From positions 1 to 28,817 of the forward strand of contig NZ_MKGN01000019.1 of the NCBI RefSeq assembly GCF_002682985.1: 28,817 nucleotides of DNA. The letters run 5' to 3'. Numbering within the stretch: the first letter of the stretch is position 1; every line of letters starts with the position of its first letter. The translations under genes were made by a program, and so were the position numbers. Origin of the DNA: Candidatus Tremblayella phenacoccinincola. Lineage in GTDB: Bacteria > Pseudomonadota > Gammaproteobacteria > Burkholderiales > Burkholderiaceae. Under the pieces are notes generated by a model. That model did no database searches and was not told where the DNA came from. It saw only the letters and a program-made list of their open reading frames with translations. Below, in pieces: positions 28,784 to 28,817 of the stretch.

Positions 28784-28817
28784 CCTCTTCTGTTTACTAC
28801 TGACCCTAACTCCACTA

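Noticed and set aside
28635-28817. A plus-strand frame open from ATG 28635 to the right window edge (61 codons, MMRLSYMYEANEANETMNRL...). It would be transcribed divergently from rplK.
   Set aside because: It is antisense to the SecE-like ORF, which has positional and motif support. The peptide is low-complexity, there is no usable SD, and an open frame of this length is not rare by chance.
1-28817. A search for CRISPR arrays, long inverted or direct repeats, IS or transposase or integrase genes, toxin-antitoxin or defence-like genes, and rRNA or other large ncRNAs.
   Set aside because: Nothing of the kind is visible. Every ORF of meaningful size is a core translation, transcription or secretion gene or aroB. 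The only repeats are a 9-bp tandem duplication and a few 6-10 nt motifs (for example actaggagct, shared by 28581-28590 and the reverse strand of 495-504). Those are explicable as SD-like strings or chance.

Overview
This window holds a compact cluster of translation and transcription genes, all on the minus strand. It looks like part of a heavily reduced bacterial genome. I call 41 CDSs, listed here in transcription order (high to low coordinates): secE, rplKAJL, rpoBC, rpsLG, fusA, tuf, then the S10, spc and alpha ribosomal-protein operons, then aroB and rpsU. secE is a 57-codon ORF and rpmJ a 38-codon ORF. Both fall below the ORF-track size cutoff, and I found them by hand translation.

The standard genetic code fits: TGA, TAA and TAG all serve as stops, and the large genes are intact. 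EF-Tu is very close to what I remember of Burkholderiales EF-Tu. The order secY-infA-rpmJ-rpsM, and the contiguity of rplKAJL-rpoBC with the str, S10, spc and alpha operons, fit a betaproteobacterial origin. A Tremblaya-like obligate insect symbiont is a guess only and needs a database search.

I see no rRNA, tRNA, CRISPR array, mobile element, defence system or toxin system. I do not think the window contains a novel multi-gene system. The points of interest are reductive losses:
- rpoA encodes only the alpha N-terminal domain.
- nusG is missing between secE and rplK.
- rplX (L24) is missing between rplN and rplE.
- Every inter-operon leader or attenuator space has collapsed. No gap exceeds 40 nt across about 26.8 kb, and many stop and start codons overlap.
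- aroB is the only metabolic gene.
- The only sizeable unassigned DNA surrounds aroB and rpsU (1-307, 491-720, 1825-1935).

Several ORF-track starts are non-ATG extensions, and I trimmed them to conserved N-termini where alignment supported it. All homology statements rest on by-eye alignment to remembered reference sequences, not on searches.
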